A DNA stretch of 64,000 bases from Thecamonas trahens ATCC 50062 (GCF_000142905.1 NW_013657623.1:183337-247336), one strand, 5' to 3'. Counted from the stretch's first letter, positions 1 through 10,177 are shown. Made by a program: numbers and translations. Notes: generated by a model from the sequence alone, not told the origin.

Positions 1-39
1 TACCCCACCCCCATACCCTACCCCACCCACCCACCCGCC

Positions 40-2838
40 ATGAGGATAGTCTGCCCAGTGGCTGTTGCCATGGTCCTGGTCATGGTGGTGTCTGTGTCCA
101 CACGGTCGGCGGCTGCACTGGCGCCCGACGACCGGACAGAGGCCAACACGCTGCACTTTGTGTACGGAGTCGAGTGCTCGGCGTATATGGACTGGCAGGC
201 TGTGGCCTTTGAGGCCTCGTTCCGTGCTGTGGGGCAAGAGGGCAAGCTGACTCGGCTGATGGCCTGTGATGATCCGGAGATGGTGACGTCGGCAGAAGAG
301 CTCGGGCTGGTCTCGGAGACATGGGTTCATCCTCGCGCGGCTCGTCATCCAAAGTCGGGCGACTACTACTCGGCCTACAATAGGCCGTACGGCTTCCATC
401 ACTGGTTCCTGCATCATCCGCCGCAGGAGGAGATCATCATCATCTTTGATCCCGACATGTTCCTCCTCCGCCGCATTCTGCTTGAGGATCTGCCTCCGGT
501 CGAGGAACTCCGCGGCGCGCCCATGATGCAAGAGTACACTTACCTCGCCGAGCGGGGCTTTGTCAACGGCCTTCAGCGGTTCACCATGAATATCGACGCC
601 GCCCGCCCAGTCGGTGTCCCCATGTTCTTCCACCGCGACGATCTGCGCGTCCTCAACCCGTGGTGGTTTGTCGTCACCGAGATGGTTCGCGAGTCGGACA
701 TCAAGCACTTGACAGTACGCACCTGCTGCATCCCCCCCCCCTCCCCTCTCCCCCTCCCCCACTACTACTCACCCACCCCCCCCTTGTTCGATTTGTAGAA
801 GGACGCCGGATGGACATCCGAGATGTATGGCGGAACGTTTACACTGTCGGACCTTGGTCTTGTCCCGTCCGTCCACAAGAAGTTGATGGTGTACCCGTCG
901 TATTCACACGACCACTTTTACCCGTACTTTATGCACTGGGGCATCCTGCTCAAGCACGACAACATCGAGTTTGACAAGCACTACTACACCTCGCCGGACA
1001 AGTCGCTCATCTCGTGCGAGTACCGTGGATTCCCCGACTGGGGCCATGCACCGCCGGTTGTGTTTGACAAGGCTGACTCGTCGTCAGCCACATCATGCTA
1101 CGAGGCGCGCCGGCGCGGGACCGCCATCATCTTCCTCCACTTTATCGAAAAGTTCATCTACGAGGAGCGGGTCCGGCGCGGGTGCGACCACATCTCGCAC
1201 CACCCACCAGTGCCGGACGAGCCGCTCTGGTCCGACGACATCATGCCGTCGATTGACCGCGGGACCGGATGCCCGCTTCTCCCGCCACCCAACGCCGACC
1301 TGCTTCCTGACGCGCGCTACTGGACCCAGCCGTACCCGACACTCGAATACGATAGCGTAGCGCAGCGGCGGGTCATGGCGGCGTCGGCGCGGGTCAAAGC
1401 CGGGCCGCGAGTCACCTTTGCTTACCACGCCGAGTGCACGCCGCTCGGCGACCTCGCCTCGCTCGCGTTTGAGGGCTCGTACGCCGCCGTTGGACAGCCT
1501 CATCCGCTCCTGCGGCTGCTCTCGTGCTCGCCGTATGACACGCCGGCCGAGCTCGGACTGGCTACGTCGACAACCTTCCGCGAAAACTCGATGGAAAGCC
1601 ACCACTTGCTGGGAGCATGGGACGAGGCGTTCTCGCTGCCGTGGATTGTGGGCCACTGGCTCTCCAAGACGCGCGAGACCGAGAACGCCCAGCTCCCGAC
1701 TGGGCCCATTGTTGTCCTGGCGGCCGAGCCGGCGCTTCTTGTGCGACAGTGGGATGTCGAGGCGCTCATCGATCACCTGTCCGGCGCGGCGGAGCCAGCG
1801 CATGTCGCGCTCGCCGGCGCACCGATTGCCGCCGAGTGCCCGGCCGAGGTCGTGGGCGAGGCGTCCGTCCGCGAGCTCCTCGGCCGCTACACCAGCAATC
1901 CGCATCTACTCGCGCCGGCATGTCCCCCGTACATCATCCACGTTGACGATCTGCGCGACGTGGCTCAGGCGTGGATGGCGGCGCTGCGGGCACTGTCATC
2001 GCACAACGAGCCTGCGCTGATGCAGCACCGCCGCACGTACGGCTACATGATTGCGGTGGCCAACGTCGGGCTCAGCCACATGGCGCTCACCACCGACCTT
2101 GTCTTTACCCCGCATGCTCCGGTGTTTGTCTCCTCGTACCTGCCTGCGCCGCTGCTCGCGCTCCGGGACGGGTGCAACGCCCACGGCCCATCCGGCACGA
2201 CGTGGTCACTTTCGGCGCCGCCCTATTCGCCTGTCAACTGCGACGCGCCGTGGCCGCCGACCGACCTCAGCCCGAGCCTCTCGCTTGAAGCGCACGACGA
2301 AGGCTGTGATGAGGCGCGCCAGGAGCTGATGCTCTCGCTCTGTTCGGTCGTCATCAACTCGGTCGTGACCTCTGCGCGCACGTCGACGGCGCGGTGCAGC
2401 GATCATCGCAACAAGCTCGCGTCGCCCATTCCCGCCGACTTTGGGCAGTCAGACGCATTCTGGCGCCGTGCGGGTGAGACAATGGCCTGTCCCATCGATC
2501 CGTCGGACCCGCCGCTTGCGGTGGCAACCCACACAGAGGCGCCCACGCCGGTGACGACGCTGCGCCCCACCCCGCGCCCCACCCCGCGCCCCACCCCGCG
2601 CCCCACCGCCGCGCCAGCGCCGTCCCCCGCCGCCAGCGCTGCAGCCGGCGGCACGGTGCCGCGCTCGGATGCCAGCTCGCCGGATCCGCCGGCGGCAGCC
2701 TCTGGCTGGACCTTTTTCTCGGCCGTCACCTACCTCGTCATCGGCGGCGGCCTTGCGCTCTGTCTCGAGAGAGCCTTCCGCATCGGCTATCGCGTGTACG
2801 AGAAGCGTCGGCTCCGTGCCCGCTACAAGCTTCCTTGA
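40..2838 (+). CDS. Peptidyl-serine alpha-galactosyltransferase-like protein (SGT1/GT96 family); exons 40-714 and 799-2838, ~904 aa
   Basis: Signal peptide. Motifs FVYGVECSAYMDWQ..TRLMAC, HPKSGDYYSAYNRPYGFHHW and DPDM. Splicing GTACGC(715)..TAG(798) restores GWTSEMYG (plant SGT1 GWISEMYG). A second degenerate repeat (AYHAEC..GQPHPLLRLLSC), a (PTPR)3 stalk and a C-terminal TM follow. Confidence 0.8.
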
Positions 2839-3054
2839 ACCTCGTCCTGGGCATACCCATCCCCTCTCCCACTCCATCACCCCCCATGGCCCATACTCTG
2901 ATCCCCATCAGCCCTCCTCCGATGACCGTCCCCGCAAACCCAAACCCAAACCCAAACCCAATCCATCCATCCCTCGTCGTCCTCCTCCCCCCCCCCCCTC
3001 ACCCACCCAGATTGATACCAGGATCCATCACACCACCACCACCACCACATCCCC

Positions 3055-5088
3055 ATGAACAAGCGCGAACGCTCTCCCTCAGAAAGCTCTCCGGCCGGCC
3101 CGTCCAAGCGCACCCGCCCACTGACGACGGCGGCGACAACGACGACGACGACGACGACGACGACGGCAAGCACTGGAGCTGGTGGTGGCCGTGAGGTGGT
3201 GGTGCCGGCCAAGGGCATCTCGCTCGAAGCTGGCGTGGCTGCAGCAGTGCGTGCGGCGGGAGCAGCCATCACAGCCGTCGATGCCGTGGACGAGTCGGAG
3301 GACCATGCCGAGGCCATCAATGCGCTCACCTACCTCCTCCTCGAGCTGCCCACGCCGGTCAGGGAGGCGTTCTTCACCGCCGTCAACGACTTTATGCCCG
3401 ATCTCGATGTCGACTTTGAATCGGCGGCGGCGGAGGATGCCTGGGCTGCTGCCCGTGCTCTGGTCCCGGGCGGTCTGGTGGAAAAGGTGGCCATGCTCAA
3501 GGTGCTCGACGTCGAGGCTGTCAAGGAAGAGTTCGAGTCGGCTACGCCCTTTGCCAGGGCCGTCGTCCCCGAGTTCATCCCGCATCCGGGCGCCTACGCC
3601 GGTCTGGTGGGCGAGGTGCGGAAGATGATCGGCTTTGAGCCAAAGAGCAACGATCTGTATGACTTTCTGCAGTCGGACGAGCTGGCCAACCTCAACACGG
3701 CATCAGGCTACGTGTGGCTGACCAAGCTCCGCGACGCCATCTACGCACCCGACTTTCTGCAGGCTATGACGGCGGTGACCGGCATCGAGTTTGATCCGAC
3801 CTGTGTCGACATGCACGCGCTCTGCTTCCAGGACGGCGACTATCTTGCCCTCCACGACGACAACATGCCCGGCCGCCGCGTCGCCTTTATCCTCTACCTT
3901 GTTGACGACGACTGGAGCGAGGCTGATGGTGGTGCGCTCGAGCTGTACACCGCTACCGGCGAGGGCACTCCGGATCTGGCCCCGGTGCCGTGCCCGGTGG
4001 CCTCGATCTTGCCGGCAGCCAACACCTTCTCGTTCTTTGCCGTCAGCCACACCTCGTACCACGCCGTGGCGCAGGTGACCGGCGGGCGGCCGCGCCTCTC
4101 GGTCTCGGGCTGGCTCCACGGCCGCTCGCTGACGCCCAAGCTCCCGCGTCCGGCGGCCGCCATGGTGTACTCTGCGCTGACGGCCTCGCACCCGCTGGCC
4201 GGCATTGTCGCTCGCGAGTACCTCTCCCCAGCCCGCGCCGCCTCCATCGCCGCAGCCTTTGGCGAGAACTCGGTCATCTCGCTGCCGGGCTTCTTTGAGC
4301 CCGAGGCGGCGGCGGCGCTGTCGTTCCCGGGCAAGGACGCGGTGGTCGACGTCCCGCCCGACCGCGGCACGTACCTCTCCGCGCCGGTCGATGCCAGCAG
4401 CTCTGACCCGGCCAAGATTGTGGCCAGCGCCGAGTTTGGCGCGCTCCTCTCGGCCATGACTGGCCTTGAGCTCACCCGCGTCTCTTCCATCGCCAAGCGC
4501 TCGTTCTTTGCCGGCCATCACACCCTGCTCTCCGATGAGGGCAAGGGCGGCGATGATGCCCCGTCCGGCGGCCTCGACATGTACCTCGACTTTTCGACTC
4601 TACCGCGGATCGAGCTCGCGCCGCGCCCGGCAAGCCTGCTCCCGCTCACGAAGCGATCCGATGCTGCGTACGTGCTGGCGGCACATCTGTCGGGCGTCGC
4701 TGACGACGGCGACAACTTTGACGACGACTTTGGCGACGACGACGCTGCTGGCAACCAAGCTGGCGAGAATGGTGACGACGGCGAGAGCGAGAGCGAGGCT
4801 GGCAGCGACGATGGTGGCATCGAAGCCGGGCCTGGCATCGCCGAGCGGGTTCCGCCTGGATCTGTGGTGTACATGTCCGAGGACGAGGTGCTCTTCTCAC
4901 TCCCGCCGGCGTACAACACGCTGCATTTGGTGTACCGGGCGGCGCCCGAGGCGGCGAACGAGGAGGAGCAGGAGGACGACGACGAGGAGGAGCCGATCAA
5001 GGTCATGTCGTTTGTCAAGTACGTGACCATGCATGCCGGACGTTGCAACGCACGGCACGACGTGGTTGCGGTGTACGCTGAGGCGTAG
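3055..5088 (+). CDS. OGFOD1: uS12 prolyl 3-hydroxylase (OGFOD1/Tpa1), 2OG-Fe(II) oxygenase
   Basis: KSNDLYDFLQSDEL, YLALHDD (HxD), RRVAFILYLV..W...DGGALELY, SYHAV, RLSVSGWLH, followed by a degenerate second DSBH domain. Confidence 0.88.
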   Translation: MNKRERSPSESSPAGPSKRTRPLTTAATTTTTTTTTTASTGAGGGREVVVPAKGISLEAGVAAAVRAAGAAITAVDAVDESEDHAEAINALTYLLLELPTPVREAFFTAVNDFMPDLDVDFESAAAEDAWAAARALVPGGLVEKVAMLKVLDVEAVKEEFESATPFARAVVPEFIPHPGAYAGLVGEVRKMIGFEPKSNDLYDFLQSDELANLNTASGYVWLTKLRDAIYAPDFLQAMTAVTGIEFDPTCVDMHALCFQDGDYLALHDDNMPGRRVAFILYLVDDDWSEADGGALELYTATGEGTPDLAPVPCPVASILPAANTFSFFAVSHTSYHAVAQVTGGRPRLSVSGWLHGRSLTPKLPRPAAAMVYSALTASHPLAGIVAREYLSPARAASIAAAFGENSVISLPGFFEPEAAAALSFPGKDAVVDVPPDRGTYLSAPVDASSSDPAKIVASAEFGALLSAMTGLELTRVSSIAKRSFFAGHHTLLSDEGKGGDDAPSGGLDMYLDFSTLPRIELAPRPASLLPLTKRSDAAYVLAAHLSGVADDGDNFDDDFGDDDAAGNQAGENGDDGESESEAGSDDGGIEAGPGIAERVPPGSVVYMSEDEVLFSLPPAYNTLHLVYRAAPEAANEEEQEDDDEEEPIKVMSFVKYVTMHAGRCNARHDVVAVYAEA

Positions 5089-5133
5089 CGTGGTTCTTTA
5101 TGTTCATGGCGCGCTTGACTCGGGGCAGTCGGG

Positions 5134-7557
5134 TCAGGACGCGCGCGACTTGATGGTAAACCGGTTGGAGGTTGCGGCAAAGACGGTGCCGCGTCGCGGG
5201 TCGGTGGTGTCGAAGGCGACGACGTGGAGGTAGGCGGACTTGTTCTTGTACTCGGCCGACTTGACGAGTTTGGAGGCCTGGACGTCGATGGTGTGGCGGA
5301 GGGAGGCGACCGAGTTGGGCGGCGACGGGAGAGAGCTGACGGGGATCTCGACATACGGCTGGGTCCACGACGACTTTGCCCGCTCGCCGGAGCACTTGAT
5401 GGGGATGGGGACGTCGCCGGCGGGCTCGACGAGCCAGAGCGAGACGACGAGCCGGGTTGTGAGCGGGTTGAAGCGCTCGGCGCCACCGGCACCAAAGGCC
5501 AGCGAGCTGACGCCGACAAGCTCAGCGGTGGAGTAGCGGTCCTGCCCGATAGCGGCGGCGGCGACAACGAGCGAGACAGTGGGCACGCCAGCTGCGAGCG
5601 GCGTGGCTGGCGAGAGGATGGGCGGCGGCGGGACGGCAGCGAGGTTGTTGGCGTTCTTGGCAAACCGGGGATTGATGGCAACGTCGGAGAGCTCGACGCT
5701 CGGCACACCGTCGAGAGCGGTAAAGGCGCCGGTGTGCTTGTCAACGGTACCGACAATGACGACGAGCTCGCAGCGGGCGTCGGCGTCGAGAATCCGGACG
5801 TAGCCCGGCGAGCCGCGGACGAGGATGACTGGGAGAAGCGCGCGCCAGCCGTCAGAGGCGGCAGTGAGCGGAGTCTCGAGGAAGACCTTGGGCACCTTGT
5901 CGTGGACCGAGAGCTTGAGATGGACGACCGGGGCCGAGGGCGGCGGTGGCGACGAGGTGTAGGCGGCGATGCCGCAGTGGGAGGCGGCGATGGCGACACG
6001 ACAGACGAGCGAAGCGCCTGCGGCGGTGGCGGCGGCAATCTGCGCCTCAAGCGTGGCCGAGCGGGCAAGCGCGAGTTCGACGTTTGTAAAGGTTCGCGGG
6101 TAGAGCTCGTGGGTGGCGGACCGCCAGTGGACGGCGAGGGTGAGTGGCTCGAGGTAGACGAGCTGGGCGCAAACGACGCGGCGGAGCTGGGCCTTGAGAG
6201 CGGCAATGTGGTTGTGGACGAGGGAGAGGGCGCCGGGCTTGTTGGCACAGATGGTAAACTGCATCCAGTCGCGTGGGCCAAAGCTCGGCAGCTTGCGGAA
6301 GGGCCAGTCGTGGCGGGAGAGGCCCATGTTGCGAGCCAGGCCCTGCGAGGCGGTGTTGGCCGGCGAGATGGTAGCGCCAAAGGCGCACTTGCCGTTGAAA
6401 AACGGCACGCGGCGGGCAGCGAGCAGGTGGTCGAGAATGTAGACAAAGGCCTCGGTGGCGAGCTTGCGACGCCAATGCTCGTTGAAGAGCAGGATGGCGG
6501 TCTCGACGATGACGGCCTTGGGCTCAAAGTACTTGCCAGCGTTGAAGCCGACGGCACCTAGCACCTTTTCACCGCCAAAGGTGGCGGCGGTCCGGTCCAT
6601 CATCAGCCACCACGAGAGGTCGCCTTTGACGGCGCGGGCATGCCAGCGCTTGAACGATCGGGAGGCCTTTTCACGCGCAGCCTCGGGCTCGAGCACTCCG
6701 TTATCGTAGTGCTTCATGACGCACGGGTCCATGAACAGCTGGCTCAGTGCGTTGACTGCCATTTCACACTGCTCGGGCGTCTCGAGCGCCTCAAACGGAA
6801 CGCACAGCATGCGATCGGTGACCACCACCTTGGGGTTTTCAAACAGCCACGACGAATCGGATGGCGCCGAGCTCGATGACGCCTGCACGCCCAGAGTATT
6901 GCCGTCGCGGCCGCCAGCTGCCGAGATCGAGGCGAGTTGCGGCTCGGGCAGGGGCGTGCTGGACTCGACCCTGTCAATCGAGGGCTCGCCGGGCGCGGCA
7001 AACGGGTCAGCGAGCTCATAGTCGATGCCGGACGGTAGCTCAACATCGAGTGCGGGCGGAGGCGGCAGCGAGTCGCGGAAGCGGTTGAAGGGCGAGAAGG
7101 GCTCCGGCTCGAGAAAGAGCGCAGTCGGATTCGATGGCGAGGGTGGGAGGACAACGTCGAGCGGAGACGGCGCGAGCGGAGTGGTGGATGACGTCGCAGA
7201 GGTAGCCGATGCGGTGGGCTCAGCGGTGGTGACAGTGGTAGCGGCAGATGCGAGAGGCGGCGGAAAGCCCTCAAAGTCGTCGGCATTGAGCATTTCCATG
7301 AGATTGTATGTGGTACCACAGCCATAGCCATAGTCCACATCCAGCGGATTGGCATGGAGGACAGGGAAGGTTGGCAGAGGTCCGGGCATGGGCAGAGTGC
7401 CGATGAGGTTGCTGACGTAGGCCGGAGGGAGTGCCGACATGCCGCCTCCTGCTCCTCCGCTGCCACTGCCACTGCTTGGGCTGGGGAAGACCAACTGTGG
7501 GAGTGAGGGCCCGGCGCTGCCTGTTGTCCGTGCGCGTTTTGTCCGGTGCTTGTCCAT
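5134..7557 (-). CDS. Protein with a RimJ/RimL-type GNAT acetyltransferase domain and uncharacterised C-terminal beta-rich domains
   Basis: Likely ATG at 7557 (MDKHRTKRAR). GNAT motifs: VVTDRM, DPCVMKHY, VLGAVG, VETAILLFNEHWRRKLATEA, ATISPANTASQGLARNMG. Confidence 0.6.
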   Translation of the reverse strand: MDKHRTKRARTTGSAGPSLPQLVFPSPSSGSGSGGAGGGMSALPPAYVSNLIGTLPMPGPLPTFPVLHANPLDVDYGYGCGTTYNLMEMLNADDFEGFPPPLASAATTVTTAEPTASATSATSSTTPLAPSPLDVVLPPSPSNPTALFLEPEPFSPFNRFRDSLPPPPALDVELPSGIDYELADPFAAPGEPSIDRVESSTPLPEPQLASISAAGGRDGNTLGVQASSSSAPSDSSWLFENPKVVVTDRMLCVPFEALETPEQCEMAVNALSQLFMDPCVMKHYDNGVLEPEAAREKASRSFKRWHARAVKGDLSWWLMMDRTAATFGGEKVLGAVGFNAGKYFEPKAVIVETAILLFNEHWRRKLATEAFVYILDHLLAARRVPFFNGKCAFGATISPANTASQGLARNMGLSRHDWPFRKLPSFGPRDWMQFTICANKPGALSLVHNHIAALKAQLRRVVCAQLVYLEPLTLAVHWRSATHELYPRTFTNVELALARSATLEAQIAAATAAGASLVCRVAIAASHCGIAAYTSSPPPPSAPVVHLKLSVHDKVPKVFLETPLTAASDGWRALLPVILVRGSPGYVRILDADARCELVVIVGTVDKHTGAFTALDGVPSVELSDVAINPRFAKNANNLAAVPPPPILSPATPLAAGVPTVSLVVAAAAIGQDRYSTAELVGVSSLAFGAGGAERFNPLTTRLVVSLWLVEPAGDVPIPIKCSGERAKSSWTQPYVEIPVSSLPSPPNSVASLRHTIDVQASKLVKSAEYKNKSAYLHVVAFDTTDPRRGTVFAATSNRFTIKSRAS

Positions 7558-7612
7558 GGCTGGCGAGGCGGGGTGGGGGAAGGGGGGGAAGGGGGGGGGG
7601 GGGGTAGGAGGG

Positions 7613-7688
7613 GTGGAGGAGTGATGGCACGTGTCGCGGTGGTGTTGAAGGTGGAGGAGTGATGGCACGTGTCGCGGTGGTGTTGAAG
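7613..7688. repeat. Perfect 38-bp tandem duplication containing CACGTG
   Basis: gtggaggagtgatggcacgtgtcgcggtggtgttgaag occurs at 7613-7650 and 7651-7688. Confidence 0.9.
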
Positions 7689-8192
7689 AGTGGCTGGCGG
7701 CGGGGGGTTTTCTATTATCTTTTTTTCGTCGCATTTGTGACCCCATTGCGTCACACTGGTTGATCTCTGCGTACATGGGAGGGCAATACCAGGGGGTGAC
7801 GAGACTTTCATGGGAGGGAGTGGAAGGGAGAGATAAAGGCATGGGGTCAGGTGATTGGTGGGCGCTGGGGCTTGTACTGGTTGCATGCCGTGCGTGATGG
7901 CCCCTTGCAAGTGTGTGTGAAGGCAAACACTCGATCGGGATGGGGTTTTGGGGGATAGGGATGACAGATTGGGTGCGTGTGTCCACGTAGGTTTGTACGT
8001 GTGTGTGGAAAGGGGGAGGGGGGGGGGGGGGGGGGGGGCGAGCGGCTGCCTCTGTGTGCCCTTTGTTGTTGTTTTTTCGGGCCAAAGTGTGACGTTTAAG
8101 TCGCAAACGACACGACCATCAGACAACGGCTAACGACGGCAGGAGAAACCAGGAGAGAGACATACTTGACTCTCTGCCGCAAGACAACAACG

Positions 8193-8933
8193 ATGGCACG
8201 CGTCAAGCAGAGTCTCGTCCGGAAGAACCGGTTCCCGACGGCCAACAAGACGCCGCGGATGGCTGCGCCGGCTGTTGCAGCGGCGGACGGAAAGGCGAGC
8301 AAGAAGAGGAGGAAGAGCAAGAAGGGCAAGGGCAAGGGCAAGAGAAGCAAGAAGCACAAGAAGAAGCGGGTGCGGGACGACGTCAGGGCGAGCGGGCGCG
8401 ATGGGGCTGCCGTTGCAGCCGACGGACTTCCCACCATCCGCGTCGACGCCGGTGCGACCAAGAGCTCGTCACCGCGAGCGAGGAAGAGCAACGGCAGCCA
8501 CGGCATTGAGAGCTGCGCGAGTGATGGACCGAGCCAGTCGGTGGCCACTCAAATCGGGCGGGGAGCCGGCGGAAGGATGGCGGCGCGCAAGGCCGCGCGG
8601 CCGGTCCGCAGCGCCAAGACCGCGGCGGGTGTGACCAAGCCGACGATGAGCAACCGTCCGGCGTCGGTGGCGCTTCGGGAGATCCGCAAGTACCAACGGT
8701 CAACGGATCTGCTCATCCGGCGGTTGCCTTTTGAACGGCTTGTCCGCGAGCTTGCGCAAGAGCTGATGCCGGATCTGCGGTTCAAGCCGCAGGCGCTGGC
8801 CACGCTGCAGGAGGCGAGCGAGGAGTACCTGGTCTCGCTGATGCAGGATACGAACCTCTGCGCCAATCATGGCAAGCGGGTGACAATCCAGCCCAAGGAC
8901 ATGCATCTTGCGATGCGGCTGAGCCGGCGGTAG
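8193..8933 (+). CDS. Divergent histone H3 variant with a ~110-aa expanded Lys-rich N-terminal tail (246 aa)
   Basis: Starts MARVKQ. Histone fold [64 protein letters not shown]. Confidence 0.85.
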   Translation: MARVKQSLVRKNRFPTANKTPRMAAPAVAAADGKASKKRRKSKKGKGKGKRSKKHKKKRVRDDVRASGRDGAAVAADGLPTIRVDAGATKSSSPRARKSNGSHGIESCASDGPSQSVATQIGRGAGGRMAARKAARPVRSAKTAAGVTKPTMSNRPASVALREIRKYQRSTDLLIRRLPFERLVRELAQELMPDLRFKPQALATLQEASEEYLVSLMQDTNLCANHGKRVTIQPKDMHLAMRLSRR

Positions 8934-9072
8934 CAGCGACGCGGTCGGGTGGGGTTTTTAAAGAAGATCCATGAGTTGGGGTGGTTGGCGGCGGCGATGC
9001 AGCCATTGGGAGGAGGAAAAGGGCGTGGAAGGCGTTGATAGATGGGAAGGCAAGGAGATTGGTGGGGTGGGG

Positions 9073-9145
9073 TGTACGTGCATGTACGTACATGAAGAAA
9101 ATGTACGTACAGACGTGTACGTACAAATTTGTGTTTGTACGTACA
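9073..9145. promoter_or_regulatory. Cluster of palindromic TGTACGTACA elements upstream of histone H3
   Basis: TGTACGTACA at 9083, 9102, 9116 and 9136, plus TGTACGTGCA at 9073, 90-160 bp upstream of the H3 ATG. A regulatory role is inferred. Confidence 0.5.
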
Positions 9146-9234
9146 AGCCGGACTGGCGGCGGAGGCTTAAAACCAGCGTCGCTTACGCGCAAGAGGGACA
9201 GATTGTCATCGGCATCCCATCCAAACACTTTAAC

Positions 9235-9648
9235 ATGGCTCGTACCAAGCAGACCGCCCGCAAGTCCGCCACCGGTGCCAAGGCACCGCGCAAGTCGCTC
9301 GCCACCAAGGCCGCCCGCAAGTCGGCGCCGGCCACCGGCGGCGTCAAGAAGGCCCACCGCTACCGCCCGGGTACCGTCGCTCTCCGTGAGATCCGCAAGT
9401 ACCAGAAGTCGACTGAGCTCCTCATCCGCCGCCTTCCGTTCCAGCGCCTCGTCCGTGAGCTCGCCCAGGAGTTCAAGGCTGACCTCCGCTTCCAGTCGTC
9501 GGCTATCGCCGCCCTCCAGGAGGCCACCGAGGCCTACCTCGTCTCGATCTTCGAGGACACCAACCTGTGCGCCATCCACGCCAAGCGTGTGACCATCATG
9601 GTCAAGGACCTCTCGCTCTCGCGCCGCATCCGTGGCGAGCGCGCCTAA
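9235..9648 (+). CDS. H3: Histone H3 (near-canonical, 137 aa)
   Basis: [46 protein letters not shown]; intronless. Confidence 0.97.
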   Translation: MARTKQTARKSATGAKAPRKSLATKAARKSAPATGGVKKAHRYRPGTVALREIRKYQKSTELLIRRLPFQRLVRELAQEFKADLRFQSSAIAALQEATEAYLVSIFEDTNLCAIHAKRVTIMVKDLSLSRRIRGERA

Positions 9649-9702
9649 GCGTCTCTTTGCTGTCTTGGCTCGCCGAGATGGCATCCACCGCAACAACAAC
9701 CT

Positions 9703-9722
9703 GGTTCTTTTTAGAACCACCC
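9703..9722 (+). terminator. Histone mRNA 3' stem-loop (SLBP-type processing signal)
   Basis: GGTTCT-TTTT-AGAACC-ACCC: 6-bp stem, 4-nt U-rich loop and ACC flank, ~55 nt after the H3 stop. Purine-rich aatgggaaacagaatgaa lies ~15 nt downstream. Confidence 0.85.
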
Positions 9723-10083
9723 CCCGTCTGACAATGGGAAACAGAATGAACGCAACCACTACCGCAACCACCATTATGCGACCACTGCCCTGTGACAGCC
9801 CACACTACTACGCTTGTTTACACACACACGCGCGCGCGAGGGGCTCTTGGTCTTGAGTGTAATTCCTGACTTGCGCGAGCGCGCCGTTGTTGGCCTTGCG
9901 CGCAATCTCCTCCTTCGCGTACGGCCGCGGGAAGTAGTCCGAGAGCTTGTCGGGGCGCATGAACAGCTCGCCCTCGTCGTTGGGCCCGTCCTCGACCTCG
10001 ATCTCCGCCGCCAGAGCCTTAGCCTCCTCCTCGGACCACCCCCGTCTGAGAAATGGGAAACAGAATGAATGCAACCACTGCCG
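9716..10083 (+). repeat. ~49-bp imperfect direct repeat (9716-9764 and 10035-10083)
   Basis: accaccccccgtctgacaatgggaaacagaatgaacgcaaccactaccg versus accacccccgtctgagaaatgggaaacagaatgaatgcaaccactgccg. Confidence 0.88.
9877..10038 (-). pseudogene. CYC1: Cytochrome c1 (CYC1) internal gene fragment
   Basis: Translates to [54 protein letters not shown], the conserved central segment of cytochrome c1. No CxxCH motif, targeting peptide or TM anchor nearby. Confidence 0.82.
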
Positions 10084-10177
10084 TACAACGGTACCACGAG
10101 TCGACTGCAGCTGCATGACATCGCGGGCGAGCGCACGAGAGAGAGGGAGAGAGAGAGATTGCTTTACGGCACGCGCT

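Noticed and set aside
2935-2960. (CAAACC)4 as a telomeric repeat
   Set aside because: Only about four units in a short intergenic spacer; an ordinary microsatellite.
7613-7688. CRISPR-like repeat
   Set aside because: Two adjacent copies with no spacer and no cas genes, in a eukaryotic context.
8193-8933. A firm CenH3/CENP-A call
   Set aside because: Loop 1 is not lengthened and F84/T107 are canonical; only Q68 and the tail are diverged.
9716-10083. LTR element or other defined transposon
   Set aside because: The repeats are only ~49 bp, with no TG..CA ends, terminal inverted repeats or transposase/RT coding sequence.
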